64,000 nt of DNA from an uncultured Solirubrobacteraceae bacterium (lineage in GTDB: Bacteria; Actinomycetota; Thermoleophilia; Solirubrobacterales; Solirubrobacteraceae), in contig CAWKIT010000018.1 of assembly GCA_963849695.1 (NCBI GenBank), positions 3,535-67,534 on the forward strand, in the 5' to 3' direction. A program made the translations under genes and the position numbers. The notes beneath the pieces are model-generated. The model saw only the letters and a program-made list of their open reading frames with translations, was not told the origin of the DNA and did not search any database. Below, piece after piece: positions 34,574 through 42,921 of the stretch. Numbering within the stretch: position 1 is the stretch's first letter; each line of letters begins with the position of its first letter.

Positions 34574-35536
34574 ATGACGCCGCTCGACACGCTTGCCCCG
34601 GACCAGCGCGCGGTGCTGGAGCTGGTCCTGCGCCAGGGCCGCTCGTACGGTGAGCTCTCGGAGCTGCTCGCGATCCCCGAGCGCGAGGTCCGCGCCCGCG
34701 CCGACGCCGGCGTGCGGGCCCTGGCGGGCGAGCCGGCGGCCGGGGTCGACAGCGGCCGGATCGCCGACTGGCTCCTGGGCCAGCAGCCCGGCGGCGAGGC
34801 CGAGCGCACCCGCGCCGCGGTCGCACGCAGCGACGACGCGCGAACGTGGGCCCAGGCCGCCGCCGAGCGGCTCGGCGACCTCGGCGGCGCGATGCCGTCT
34901 GTGCCCGCGGGCTCCGACGATCATGCGCCGGCGGCGCGGGACGAACGAGCGCCGGCGGCGCGCGACGATGGCGGGCCGGCAGCGCGCGGCGAGTCGCCGA
35001 CCGCGGCCGCGCCGCGTTCGTCTCGCCTCGGCGGCGCGATCCTGATCGCCGTCGTGGCTGTGGTCGTCGCGGCTGGGCTGCTGTGGATCTTCGTGCTGCG
35101 CGACGACGAGGAGCCGGCCGCAACCGCGCCGCCGGCGGCCACGGGGACCCCGGCCGCAGCCGAGGCGACCGGCAACGACATCGTGCTCCAGGGCCCCGGC
35201 GACTCCCAGGCCGAGGGCCTGATGCGGCTGGTCCGGCGCGAGAACGGAGCGGTCCAATTCGCGATCGCCGCCCAGAACGTGCCGCCGAACCGCGGCCGCG
35301 ACGTCTACGCGGTGTGGTTCACGCGCGAGGGCGGGGAGCCGCGCCGGCTCGGCTTCGCGCAGACGCCGGTCGGCCAGGACGGGATCCTCACCACGGGCGG
35401 GCCGCAGCAGGGCGACGAGGACGAGTTCCCGAGCTGGTTCGCGACCTACGACAAGATCGTCATCACGCGCGAGACCAACGCCAGGGCGCGCGAGCCCGGG
35501 CCGGTGGTGCTCGAGGGCACGCTGCCTGCCGGTTAG
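34574..35536 (+). CDS. Membrane protein with N-terminal sigma-70 region-4-type HTH and C-terminal RskA-like anti-sigma extracytoplasmic domain
   Basis: This is ORF 34247..35536 taken from M110: LAPDQRAVLELVLRQGRSYGELSELLAIPEREVRARADAGVRAL, one TM (LGGAILIAVVAVVVAAGLLWIFVL), then ...DVYAVWFTREGGEPRRLGF...IVITRETNARAREPGPVVLEG. Confidence 0.6.
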   Translation: MTPLDTLAPDQRAVLELVLRQGRSYGELSELLAIPEREVRARADAGVRALAGEPAAGVDSGRIADWLLGQQPGGEAERTRAAVARSDDARTWAQAAAERLGDLGGAMPSVPAGSDDHAPAARDERAPAARDDGGPAARGESPTAAAPRSSRLGGAILIAVVAVVVAAGLLWIFVLRDDEEPAATAPPAATGTPAAAEATGNDIVLQGPGDSQAEGLMRLVRRENGAVQFAIAAQNVPPNRGRDVYAVWFTREGGEPRRLGFAQTPVGQDGILTTGGPQQGDEDEFPSWFATYDKIVITRETNARAREPGPVVLEGTLPAG

Positions 35537-35552
35537 ACGATTGATTCGGTTG

Positions 35553-35579
35553 GGCCGCGGCGGCGTCGCCGCCGCGGCC
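35553..35579 (+). terminator. GC-rich perfect palindrome after the anti-sigma-like gene
   Basis: GGCCGCGGCGGCG-t-CGCCGCCGCGGCC lies 17 nt after the TAG at 35534-35536 and 15 nt before the next ATG. Confidence 0.45.
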
Positions 35580-35593
35580 TACGCTTCGCGCTG

Positions 35594-36508
35594 ATGAGGC
35601 CCGAGATCCTGCCGCCCAACGTTCTCCGCCACTTCTACGCCGGCGGGGAGCGGATCGCGCGGCTGCGCGGGCTGACGCTGGAGTCCGACCACATGCCGGA
35701 GGAGTGGCTGGGCGCGGTGAACACGACGTTCGACGGGACGCGCGGTCTCAGCCGCCTGGAGGACGGGACGCTGGTGCGCGACGCGATCGCCGCCGATCCC
35801 GCGGCCTGGCTCGGCGACCGCTCCGACCCCGGCCTGCTCGTCAAGCTGCTCGACGCCGGCCAGCGCCTGCCGGTCCACTTCCACCCCGGGCGCGAGTTCG
35901 CACGCGACGCGCTCGACAGCCGGTACGGCAAGACCGAGGCATGGCTGATCGTCGAGGCCGAGCCGGACGCCGCCGTGTGGGTGGGCTGGACGCGTGACGT
36001 GGAGCTCGGCGAGGTGCGCGGCTGGATGCGCGACCAGGACGCCGCGGCGATGCTCGCGACGATGCACGAGCTGCCGGTCTCGGCGGGCGACGCGATCTAC
36101 GTCCCGGCCGGCACGGCGCACGCGATCGGCGCCGGGATCCTCATGGTCGAGCTGCAGGAGCCGACCGACTTCTCGATGCTGCTCGAGTGGGAGGGCTTCG
36201 AGCTGAGCGAGGACGAGGGCCACCTGAACCTCGGCTGGGACCGCGCGCTCGAGGCGCTCGACCGCCATGCCGCGCCGTCGCCGACGACCACGCTGCCGCC
36301 CGAGGCCGGGACCTTCTTCCGCGCCGACTGGCTCGACGGCGACGCCGAGCTCGACCCCCGCTTCTCGATCGTCGTCGGCCTCGAGGGCACCGGCACGCTG
36401 GCCGGGATCCCCTTCGGCCGCGGCACCGTCGCGCTGGTGCCGCACGGCGCCGGCACGGTCGAGCTGCGCGGCGACGTCAGGGCGCTAAGAGCTTCCCCGG
36501 GTTCATGA
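35594..36508 (+). CDS. Class I mannose-6-phosphate isomerase (cupin)
   Basis: ORF 35594..36508 contains ...LLVKLLDAGQRLPVHFHPG...YGKTEAWLIVEAEP...AGDAIYVPAGTAHAIGAGILMVELQEPTD. Its 3' end overlaps the convergent oxidase gene by 32 nt. Confidence 0.8.
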   Translation: MRPEILPPNVLRHFYAGGERIARLRGLTLESDHMPEEWLGAVNTTFDGTRGLSRLEDGTLVRDAIAADPAAWLGDRSDPGLLVKLLDAGQRLPVHFHPGREFARDALDSRYGKTEAWLIVEAEPDAAVWVGWTRDVELGEVRGWMRDQDAAAMLATMHELPVSAGDAIYVPAGTAHAIGAGILMVELQEPTDFSMLLEWEGFELSEDEGHLNLGWDRALEALDRHAAPSPTTTLPPEAGTFFRADWLDGDAELDPRFSIVVGLEGTGTLAGIPFGRGTVALVPHGAGTVELRGDVRALRASPGS

Positions 36509-38081
36509 TCCCGGCCGGGTCGCACCGGTCCTTGAGCGCGCGCAGCACGCCGACGCCCAGGTCGCCGGCCTCGGCGGTCATCCACGGCGCGTGATCGCGG
36601 CCGACCGCGTGGTGGTGCGTGATCGTCCCGCCCGCGGCGACGATCGCGTCCGTGGCGGCGGCCTTGGCGGCGCGCCACTGGGAGGCCGGACCGGCGCCGC
36701 GGCGGGCGAAGACGGTGAAGTAGAGCGACGCGCCGGTCGGGTACAGGTGCGAGACGTGGCAGCCGACATGCATGCCGGGCAGCGCGGCGCGGACCGCCGC
36801 GTGGAGCGCCCCGAGCCGCGACCATGAGGTCGCCGTCTCGAGCGTCTCCACCATCACCCCGCGGTCGAGCAGGTGGTCGCGCAGGTGCGGGCCGGCGAAC
36901 CGCGACCGCGCCCACAGCTGCCCCGGCCGTTGGGTCGCGTAGCGCGCGCCCGCCCCCCGCAGCACACGCGCCGCCTCGCCGCGACGGCGGGCGATGCCCT
37001 GCACCGCACCCTCCCAGCCGCAGATCATCAGGCAGCGATCGCCGACGGCGCGGCGGGTGACGGCGGAGGCGCCGGCGAAGGCGAGCGTGTGGCGCGTCTC
37101 GTCCTCGTCCGACAGCCGCGTCACGTCCGGCGCCGCCCCCGCCTGCTCGAGCGCGCGCAGCGCCTCGCAGCCGGCCTCGAAGCCGGGCACGAGCCAGCCC
37201 TCGTACCGCGAGACCTCCGGCCGCGGGTGCACGCGCAGGGTGGCCGCCGTGATCACCCCGAGCACGCCCTCCGACCCGGCCACCAGCTGCCGCAGCGCCG
37301 GCCCGGCGGCGCTGGCCGGCGCGTCGCGGGTCGAGAGCTCGCCGAGCGGCGTCGCGCAACGGACGGCGACGAGGTTGTCGTCGATCCGGCCCCGCCCGGT
37401 CGAGGCCTGGCCCGAGGAGCGCGTCGCGACGCAGCCCCCGACGCTCGCCCACTCGTAGCTCTGCGGGAGGTGTCCGAGCGTGAAGCCGTGAGCGCCCAGA
37501 GCCCGGTCGGCCTCCGGCAGCCGCAGGCCGGGCTCCAGCACCGCGGTCAGCGAGTGCGCGTCGACGGCAAGGACGCCGTCCATGCGCCCGAGGTCGAGCG
37601 AGACCAGCGCCTCGAACGGCCCGCGCAACGGCTCGAGGCCGCCCACCACGCTGGTGCCGCCCCCGAACGGCACCACCGCCACGCCGGCCTCCGCGCAGAC
37701 CTGCAGCACCGCCAGCACCTGCTCGTGATCGGCGGGTGCCACGACCGCGTCGGGCGCGTCCTCGCACGCCCCCGCCCGCTGGGCGAGGAGATCGAGATAC
37801 GACTTGCCGCGACACCGCAGGACGCGCGCCGACCGGTCGTCGCGGAGCTCCGTGATCGCCTCGAGTCGGCGGCGCACGGCCGGATCAAGAGCCGGTTCGC
37901 GGAGCCGCACCTCCCGAAACGCGACGGGGCGGTCGACGACGGCGCCGTCGATTCCGATCTCGTCGCGGAGGAACGAGACGGCGTGCTCGGGCAGCGATGG
38001 CCCCGCCCCCGGCTCGCCCCAGCCCCAGAAGACCTGTTCACGCCGCACGATGCCGCTCCGCCCTGGGGATCGTGTGGCCAC
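36477..38081 (-). CDS. FAD-linked oxidase (alkyl-DHAP synthase/glycolate oxidase-like, FAD_binding_4 + C-terminal domain)
   Basis: The 534-aa ORF contains ...VVAPADHEQVLAVLQVCAEAGVAVVPFGGGTSVVGG...GHLPQSYEWASVGGCVATRSSG...GGTITHHHAVGRDHAPW...DPAGIMNPGKL. Confidence 0.85.
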   Translation of the reverse strand: MATRSPGRSGIVRREQVFWGWGEPGAGPSLPEHAVSFLRDEIGIDGAVVDRPVAFREVRLREPALDPAVRRRLEAITELRDDRSARVLRCRGKSYLDLLAQRAGACEDAPDAVVAPADHEQVLAVLQVCAEAGVAVVPFGGGTSVVGGLEPLRGPFEALVSLDLGRMDGVLAVDAHSLTAVLEPGLRLPEADRALGAHGFTLGHLPQSYEWASVGGCVATRSSGQASTGRGRIDDNLVAVRCATPLGELSTRDAPASAAGPALRQLVAGSEGVLGVITAATLRVHPRPEVSRYEGWLVPGFEAGCEALRALEQAGAAPDVTRLSDEDETRHTLAFAGASAVTRRAVGDRCLMICGWEGAVQGIARRRGEAARVLRGAGARYATQRPGQLWARSRFAGPHLRDHLLDRGVMVETLETATSWSRLGALHAAVRAALPGMHVGCHVSHLYPTGASLYFTVFARRGAGPASQWRAAKAAATDAIVAAGGTITHHHAVGRDHAPWMTAEAGDLGVGVLRALKDRCDPAGIMNPGKLLAP

Positions 38082-38099
38082 GGGACGAGTCGCGGGTGC

Positions 38100-38534
38100 T
38101 CACCGGCTCGTCGCCCGCGCCAGCCCGTCGAGCGCGCCGTCGAGCTCCTTGCGGGCCGCCCGCCGCAGCATGAACCGACCGAAGCGCGCCATCCCCCTCC
38201 CCCGCTGCCGCAGCTCGATCGTCACCCGCGTGCCGTCGCCCGCGGGCTCGAGCCGCGCCTCCACCCGCCGCTCCGCCAGCACCTTCGCGAACGGCGTGCC
38301 GTCGATCTCCTGCGCCCACGCCCGCGACCGGCCCGCCTCCTGCCCGTCGAGCCGCCAGTCCGCCCGCACGGCGCGGCCGCGCGACGAGCGCAGGACCGCC
38401 GTCCAGCCATCCCCCGTCACCCCCTTCACGCGCTCGACCCGCGGCCACCAGCGCGCCAGCGCGCGTGGGTCGGCGATCAGCCTCCACACCGCGTCGGGCG
38501 CCGCGGGCAGCGTGCGGGAGCGGGCGACGATCAC
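38100..38534 (-). CDS. SRPBCC-family (polyketide cyclase/dehydrase-like) protein
   Basis: MIVARSRTLPAAPDAVWRLIADPRALARWWPRVERV... has a typical SRPBCC N-terminus. The protein is 144 aa. Confidence 0.75.
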   Translation of the reverse strand: MIVARSRTLPAAPDAVWRLIADPRALARWWPRVERVKGVTGDGWTAVLRSSRGRAVRADWRLDGQEAGRSRAWAQEIDGTPFAKVLAERRVEARLEPAGDGTRVTIELRQRGRGMARFGRFMLRRAARKELDGALDGLARATSR

Positions 38535-39052
38535 TCGTCGTAGCTGAGCAGCGCGTGCACGTCGTAGCCCGCCAGCCGGTCCCGCCCGCCCAGGAACGCG
38601 AGCTCGACCAGGAAGGCGCAGCCCGCGATCCGCGCGCCGGTGCCCTCGATCAGCTCGGCGAGCGCGCGAGCGGTGCCGCCGGTCGCGAGCAGGTCGTCGT
38701 GGAGCAGGACGCGGGCGCCGTCCGCGAGCGCGTCCGCGTGCATCTCGAGCGCGTCGACGCCGTACTCGAGGATGTACTCCGCCGCGATCGTCTCGTGCGG
38801 CAGCTTGCCGGGCTTGCGCGCCGGCACGAAGCCGACGCCGAGCTCGCGCGCGATCGCGCCGCCGAGGATGAACCCGCGCGCCTCGGCGGCGACCACGAAG
38901 TCGACCTCGAGCGGCCGCGCCCAGTCCGCCAGCTCCCCGATCGCGTCGGACAGCGCGTCGGCGTCGAGCAGCAGCGGCGTGATGTCCTTGAACAGGATCC
39001 CCGGCTTCGGGAAGTCCGGGATGTCGCGGATGTGCGCGCCGAGCTCGCTCAC
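38531..39052 (-). CDS. apt: Adenine phosphoribosyltransferase
   Basis: IRDIPDFPKPGILFKDITPLL... and VLLHDDLLATGGTA (PRPP motif). The protein is 173 aa. Confidence 0.93.
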   Translation of the reverse strand: MSELGAHIRDIPDFPKPGILFKDITPLLLDADALSDAIGELADWARPLEVDFVVAAEARGFILGGAIARELGVGFVPARKPGKLPHETIAAEYILEYGVDALEMHADALADGARVLLHDDLLATGGTARALAELIEGTGARIAGCAFLVELAFLGGRDRLAGYDVHALLSYDE

Positions 39053-39819
39053 TTTGCGATGCGCCGCAGGTCGCGCACGAGCAGCAGGTGCTTGAGGTGC
39101 GACGCGACGGCGGCCAGGTTCTCGAGCGCCTCGATCGCCTCCTTGCGGCGCTCCGGGTTGCGCGAGCGCAGCGACGGCGCCAGGATCTGCTGCAGCAGCG
39201 CGGCCTCGCGCTCGGCCGAGGTCTTGAACACGCGCAGGTTGCGCCCGGCGACGCCGTAACGCGCCAGCTCGGTCACCGCGCGCACGATCTCGCGCTCGGT
39301 CTCGTCGTAGTACGTCGTGCCGCCGCGCACCTCGCCCTTGACGATCCCGAAGTCCTCCATCTCCTTGACCAGCCGCGGCTCGGCGCCGGTCTCCTCGACC
39401 ACGTCGTCGAGCGAGTACAGCGCGCCGCGGTCGCGGAGCGAGAAGGTCAGGCGGCGCAGCGCGGCGCCCGGGCGCACCGTGTCGGCCGGCGGGGCGGCCG
39501 CCGGCGTCTCGTCCTCGGCGCGGCCGGCGGCCAGCTCCTGGCGGATCACCCGCAGGGGCAGGAACTCGTCCCGCTGCAGGCGCAGGATCGTGCGCAGGCG
39601 CGAGACGTCGGACTGCGCGTACAGCCGGTAGCCCCCGGGCGTGCGGCGCGGCGACAGCAGCTTCTGGTCCTCGAGGTAGCGGATCTTCGAGATCGAGATG
39701 TCCGGGAACTCCTGCGACAGCGCCTTGCAGACGGCGCCGATCGTCAGCGACTTGCGCGGCTTCTCGTCGTCGGCGGGCGAGGCCAGCGGCGCCTCGGTGG
39801 TGAGCGAGTCGTCCGTCAC
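39049..39819 (-). CDS. MerR-family transcriptional regulator (FtsR-like position)
   Basis: LTIGAVCKALSQEFPDISISKIRYLEDQKLLSPRRTPGGYRLYAQSDVSRLRTILRLQRDEFLPLRVI is a MerR HTH. A second MerR-like half follows. Its stop overlaps the apt start by 4 nt. Confidence 0.85.
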   Translation of the reverse strand: MTDDSLTTEAPLASPADDEKPRKSLTIGAVCKALSQEFPDISISKIRYLEDQKLLSPRRTPGGYRLYAQSDVSRLRTILRLQRDEFLPLRVIRQELAAGRAEDETPAAAPPADTVRPGAALRRLTFSLRDRGALYSLDDVVEETGAEPRLVKEMEDFGIVKGEVRGGTTYYDETEREIVRAVTELARYGVAGRNLRVFKTSAEREAALLQQILAPSLRSRNPERRKEAIEALENLAAVASHLKHLLLVRDLRRIAK

Positions 39820-40286
39820 CGCGCCAGGTACGTCAGCTTGTACTTGCCGATCTGGAGCTCGTCGCCGTCCTCCAGCCGGTGCGAGTCGATCCGCCGGCGG
39901 TTCACGTACGTCCCGTTGAGCGAGCCCGAATCGTCGAGGTACCAGGCGCCGCCGCGGCTCACCAACACGGCGTGGTCGCGCGACACCGTGACGTCGTCGA
40001 GGAAGATCTCGGTGTCGGGCGACCGGCCGATGGTCATCCGCTCGCCGCGCAGCGGGAACGACTGGCCGACGCGGCCACCGCCGGAGCGGATCACGAGCGC
40101 GCCGCTCTCGGCCGCCACGTCGCCGACGTCGACCGGCCGCAGCTCGCCGGTCTGCTCGTCGATCACGTACGTCGCGGTGGTGACGTCGTCGCGCGGCTCA
40201 CGCGTGCCGACGAACGCCCCGCACTTGGGACAGTAGTTCGCGCCCTCCGTGAGGACGAAACCGCATTCCGGGCAGTGGCGCGCCAC
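39816..40286 (-). CDS. FHA-domain protein with N-terminal zinc ribbon
   Basis: This is taken from GTG 40286 within ORF 39816..40577: VARHCPECGFVLTEGANYCPKCG, then ...MTIGRSPDTEIFLDDVTVSRDHAVLVSRGGAWYLDDSGSLNGTYVN. Confidence 0.85.
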   Translation of the reverse strand: MARHCPECGFVLTEGANYCPKCGAFVGTREPRDDVTTATYVIDEQTGELRPVDVGDVAAESGALVIRSGGGRVGQSFPLRGERMTIGRSPDTEIFLDDVTVSRDHAVLVSRGGAWYLDDSGSLNGTYVNRRRIDSHRLEDGDELQIGKYKLTYLAR

Positions 40287-40303
40287 TCGGCGCTCCGCGC
40301 TCG

Positions 40304-40561
40304 CTAGAGCTCGTCGCCGGTGCCCGACGCGCGCCCGGCCAGGATGTCGGTCAGCCGCTGGACGTCCGCGCCGGAGATGACGTCCTCGCCGCCCTCGTGC
40401 TTCTTCCGCAGCCGGTTGACCAGCTCGGCGCGCAGGATGTCGATCTTCCCGTGCAGGATCCGGCGGCGGTAGGACACTTCCTGCTCCTCGTCCGTGAGCT
40501 GCTGGATGAGGTCCTTGAGCTCCTGGTCGGAAAGGGAGCCGAGATCGGGAAAGGTGTCCAT
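40304..40561 (-). CDS. RsiG-like small coiled-coil protein (single putative c-di-GMP-binding motif)
   Basis: This is ORF 40304..40771 taken from M71: MDTFPDLGSLSDQELKDLIQQLTDEEQEVSYRRRILHGKIDILRAELVNRL.... E26-x3-S30-x2-R33-x3-H37-x3-D41 matches the RsiG motif E-x3-S-x2-R-x3-Q-x3-D except for Q to H. Confidence 0.6.
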   Translation of the reverse strand: MDTFPDLGSLSDQELKDLIQQLTDEEQEVSYRRRILHGKIDILRAELVNRLRKKHEGGEDVISGADVQRLTDILAGRASGTGDEL

Positions 40562-40580
40562 GGCGCGAGCATAGCAATCA

Positions 40581-41106
40581 TCAACCTGTACTTGAGGGTC
40601 TTGACGCGAGCCCGTCGCGCACGTAGTTCGCGGTTGCCGCGAACACCAGCGCAAGCCCGATGTAGAGCAGGATCTCGCCCAGCGCCTCGAGTCCCACCAT
40701 GGCGAAGAACAGGGCGCCCAGGACCGGCCAGATGCCCAGCCGGCCGAGCCAGTTGACCTTGATGTCCGCACCGTGGCGCATTCCCCAGCGGACGAGGCCG
40801 AGCATGAACACCTCGCGCGCCGCGAGCAGCGCGAGGCCCCAGCGCGGCAGCAGCTCGAAGTGCCAGCAGACGACGGCGCCGGACAGCACCAGCAGGCGGT
40901 CGATGAGCGGGTCGAGCAGCGCTCCGAGCCGCGAGTACTGGCCGGTGAGGCGCGCCGCGATGCCGTCGAGGTAGTCGCTCCAGCCGACGATCGTGAAGAT
41001 CAGGACCGCTCGCCAGTCCTGGCCGTCGCCCGACGAGAAGGCGATCACGAGGAAGACCGGGATCAGGGCGAGGCGGACGTAGTCGATCGCGTTCGGGATC
41101 GTCCAC
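40581..41106 (-). CDS. pgsA: CDP-diacylglycerol--glycerol-3-phosphate 3-phosphatidyltransferase (CDP-alcohol phosphatidyltransferase family)
   Basis: This is the C-terminal part of shadow ORF 40581..42932: TIPNAIDYVRLALIPVF...DYLDGIAARLTGQYSRLGALLDPLIDR (D-x2-DG-x2-AR...G-x3-D-x3-D). There is no in-frame ATG, GTG or TTG. GTG 41106 gives MTIPNAI only if one extra G (about 41103) is skipped. Confidence 0.8.
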
Positions 41107-41209
41107 GGCTGCAGGGGCTGGCCGCGCTGGGTCTGCGGCGGGCTCGGCCCGGAGCGGTCGAGGCCGGTGAGGCGGCGGAAGGTGAGCCGGGCGCGCTCGG
41201 CGCCGCCCG

Positions 41210-42892
41210 CTAGGGGACGGTCCGCCACAGGTCCGCGGCCGCCGCGACGGCCTCCTCCAGCGGGATCGTGCGCGCCTGGCGCCCGCGTCGCACCTGCACC
41301 TCGACCTCGCCGCTCTCCAGCGTCCGGCGCCCGACCGTGAGCCGCACCGGCACGCCGAGCAGCTCGGCGTCGGCGAACTTCTCCCCCGGGCCGGCGTCGC
41401 GGTCGTCGTACAGGATCCGCAGACCGGTCTCGAGCAGCTCGCCGTACAGACGCTCGGCCAGCTCGCGCTCCTCGCTGCCCGCCTTGCCGAGGCCGACCAG
41501 GTGGATGTCGAACGGCGCCAGCGCGCGCGGCCACGAGATCCCGTGCTCGTCGGCGTACTGCTCGATCGCGGCGGCCGAGATCCGCGCCGGGCCGATGCCG
41601 TAGGACCCCATCCAGATCGGCCGCGCGGTGCCCGACTCGTCGAGGTACGTGGCGCCGAGCGGCTCCGAGAAGCGAGTGCCGAGCTTGAAGATGTTGCCGA
41701 CCTCGATCGCCGGCTCGACCCGGATCTCGTGCCCGTCGACGGTGTCGCCGGCCTCTACGCGGCGAACGTCGCCGCGCTTGAACGGGAAGTCGCGGCCGGG
41801 CTCGACGCCCTTGAGGTGCGCGTTGTCGCGGTTGGCGCCGGCGATGTAGGCGCCGGGCTCGACGGCGTCGTCGAGCAGGATCGGCACGTCGATCCCGACC
41901 GGACCGATGAAACCTGCGGGCCCGATCCGCTCGGCGAACTCGTCCTCGCGCGCGGGGCGGAAGGCGGCGCCGAGCGTGTTCGCGAGCTTGATGTCGTTCA
42001 CGCGATGGTCGCCGCGCACCACGACCATGGTCAGCCCGCGGTCCTCCACGATCACCGGGTACGCCTTGAGCAGCGTGCCGGGCTCGACGTGCTGGTGCTG
42101 CGCGACCTCGGCCACGGTCGTGAGGCCGGGCGTGTCGATCCGCGCCGGCGCATCGCTGCCGTCCGGCAGCGCGACGGGTCGCGCCTGCGCGCTGGCGACC
42201 TCGACGTTGGCGGCGTAGCCGGGCGCGAGGGCGACGTCGTTCTCGCCCGCCGGGCACGGTGCCATGTACTCGTGCGCCCCGAAGCCGCCCATCATCCCGA
42301 CGTCGGCCTCGACGCGGTACCACTCGAGCCCGACGCGGTCGAAGATGCGGTCGTAGGCCTCCCGGAAGCGCTCGTAGTGGGCGTCGAGCCCCTCGCGATC
42401 GCGGTCGAAGGTGTAGGCGTCCTTCATGATGAACTCGCGCGTGCGGAGGACGCCGGCTCTCGGCCTGGGCTCGTCGCGGCCCTTGGTCTGGAAGTGATAG
42501 AGGCTGAACGGCAGGTCGCGGTAGGAGCGCACGGCCGGCGCCACGTGGGTGGTCACGACCTCCTCGTGCGTCATCGCCAGCACGAGATCGGCGCCGCGGC
42601 GGTCCGTGAGCTTGAACAGCTCCTCGATGTCGTACCGGCCGCTTCGCTGCCAGATCTCGGCCGGGTTGATCACCGGCATCAGCATCTCCTGGGCGCCGAT
42701 CGCGTCCAGCTCCTCGCGCACGATCTGCTCCGCCGCCCGGTGGACGCGCCATCCCGCCGGCAGCCATGTCCACAGGCCGCTGCCGAGCTGGCGCGCAAGG
42801 CCCGCGCGCACCATCAGCTTGTGCGAGGGTGCCTCGGCGTCGGCCGGCGCCTGCTTCTCGGTGGGCAGGAAGTACGTCGAGAGGCGGGTCAC
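41210..42892 (-). CDS. proS: Proline--tRNA ligase (bacterial type)
   Basis: The 560-aa ORF contains MTRLSTYFLPTEKQAPADAE...SHKLMVRAGLARQLGSGLWTWLPAGWRV...FRDEPRPRAGVLRTREFIMKDAYTF... and ...SYGIGPARI. Confidence 0.93.
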   Translation of the reverse strand: MTRLSTYFLPTEKQAPADAEAPSHKLMVRAGLARQLGSGLWTWLPAGWRVHRAAEQIVREELDAIGAQEMLMPVINPAEIWQRSGRYDIEELFKLTDRRGADLVLAMTHEEVVTTHVAPAVRSYRDLPFSLYHFQTKGRDEPRPRAGVLRTREFIMKDAYTFDRDREGLDAHYERFREAYDRIFDRVGLEWYRVEADVGMMGGFGAHEYMAPCPAGENDVALAPGYAANVEVASAQARPVALPDGSDAPARIDTPGLTTVAEVAQHQHVEPGTLLKAYPVIVEDRGLTMVVVRGDHRVNDIKLANTLGAAFRPAREDEFAERIGPAGFIGPVGIDVPILLDDAVEPGAYIAGANRDNAHLKGVEPGRDFPFKRGDVRRVEAGDTVDGHEIRVEPAIEVGNIFKLGTRFSEPLGATYLDESGTARPIWMGSYGIGPARISAAAIEQYADEHGISWPRALAPFDIHLVGLGKAGSEERELAERLYGELLETGLRILYDDRDAGPGEKFADAELLGVPVRLTVGRRTLESGEVEVQVRRGRQARTIPLEEAVAAAADLWRTVP

Positions 42893-42921
42893 GGGTCCGA
42901 GAGCCTAGTGTGTCGGCCTTC

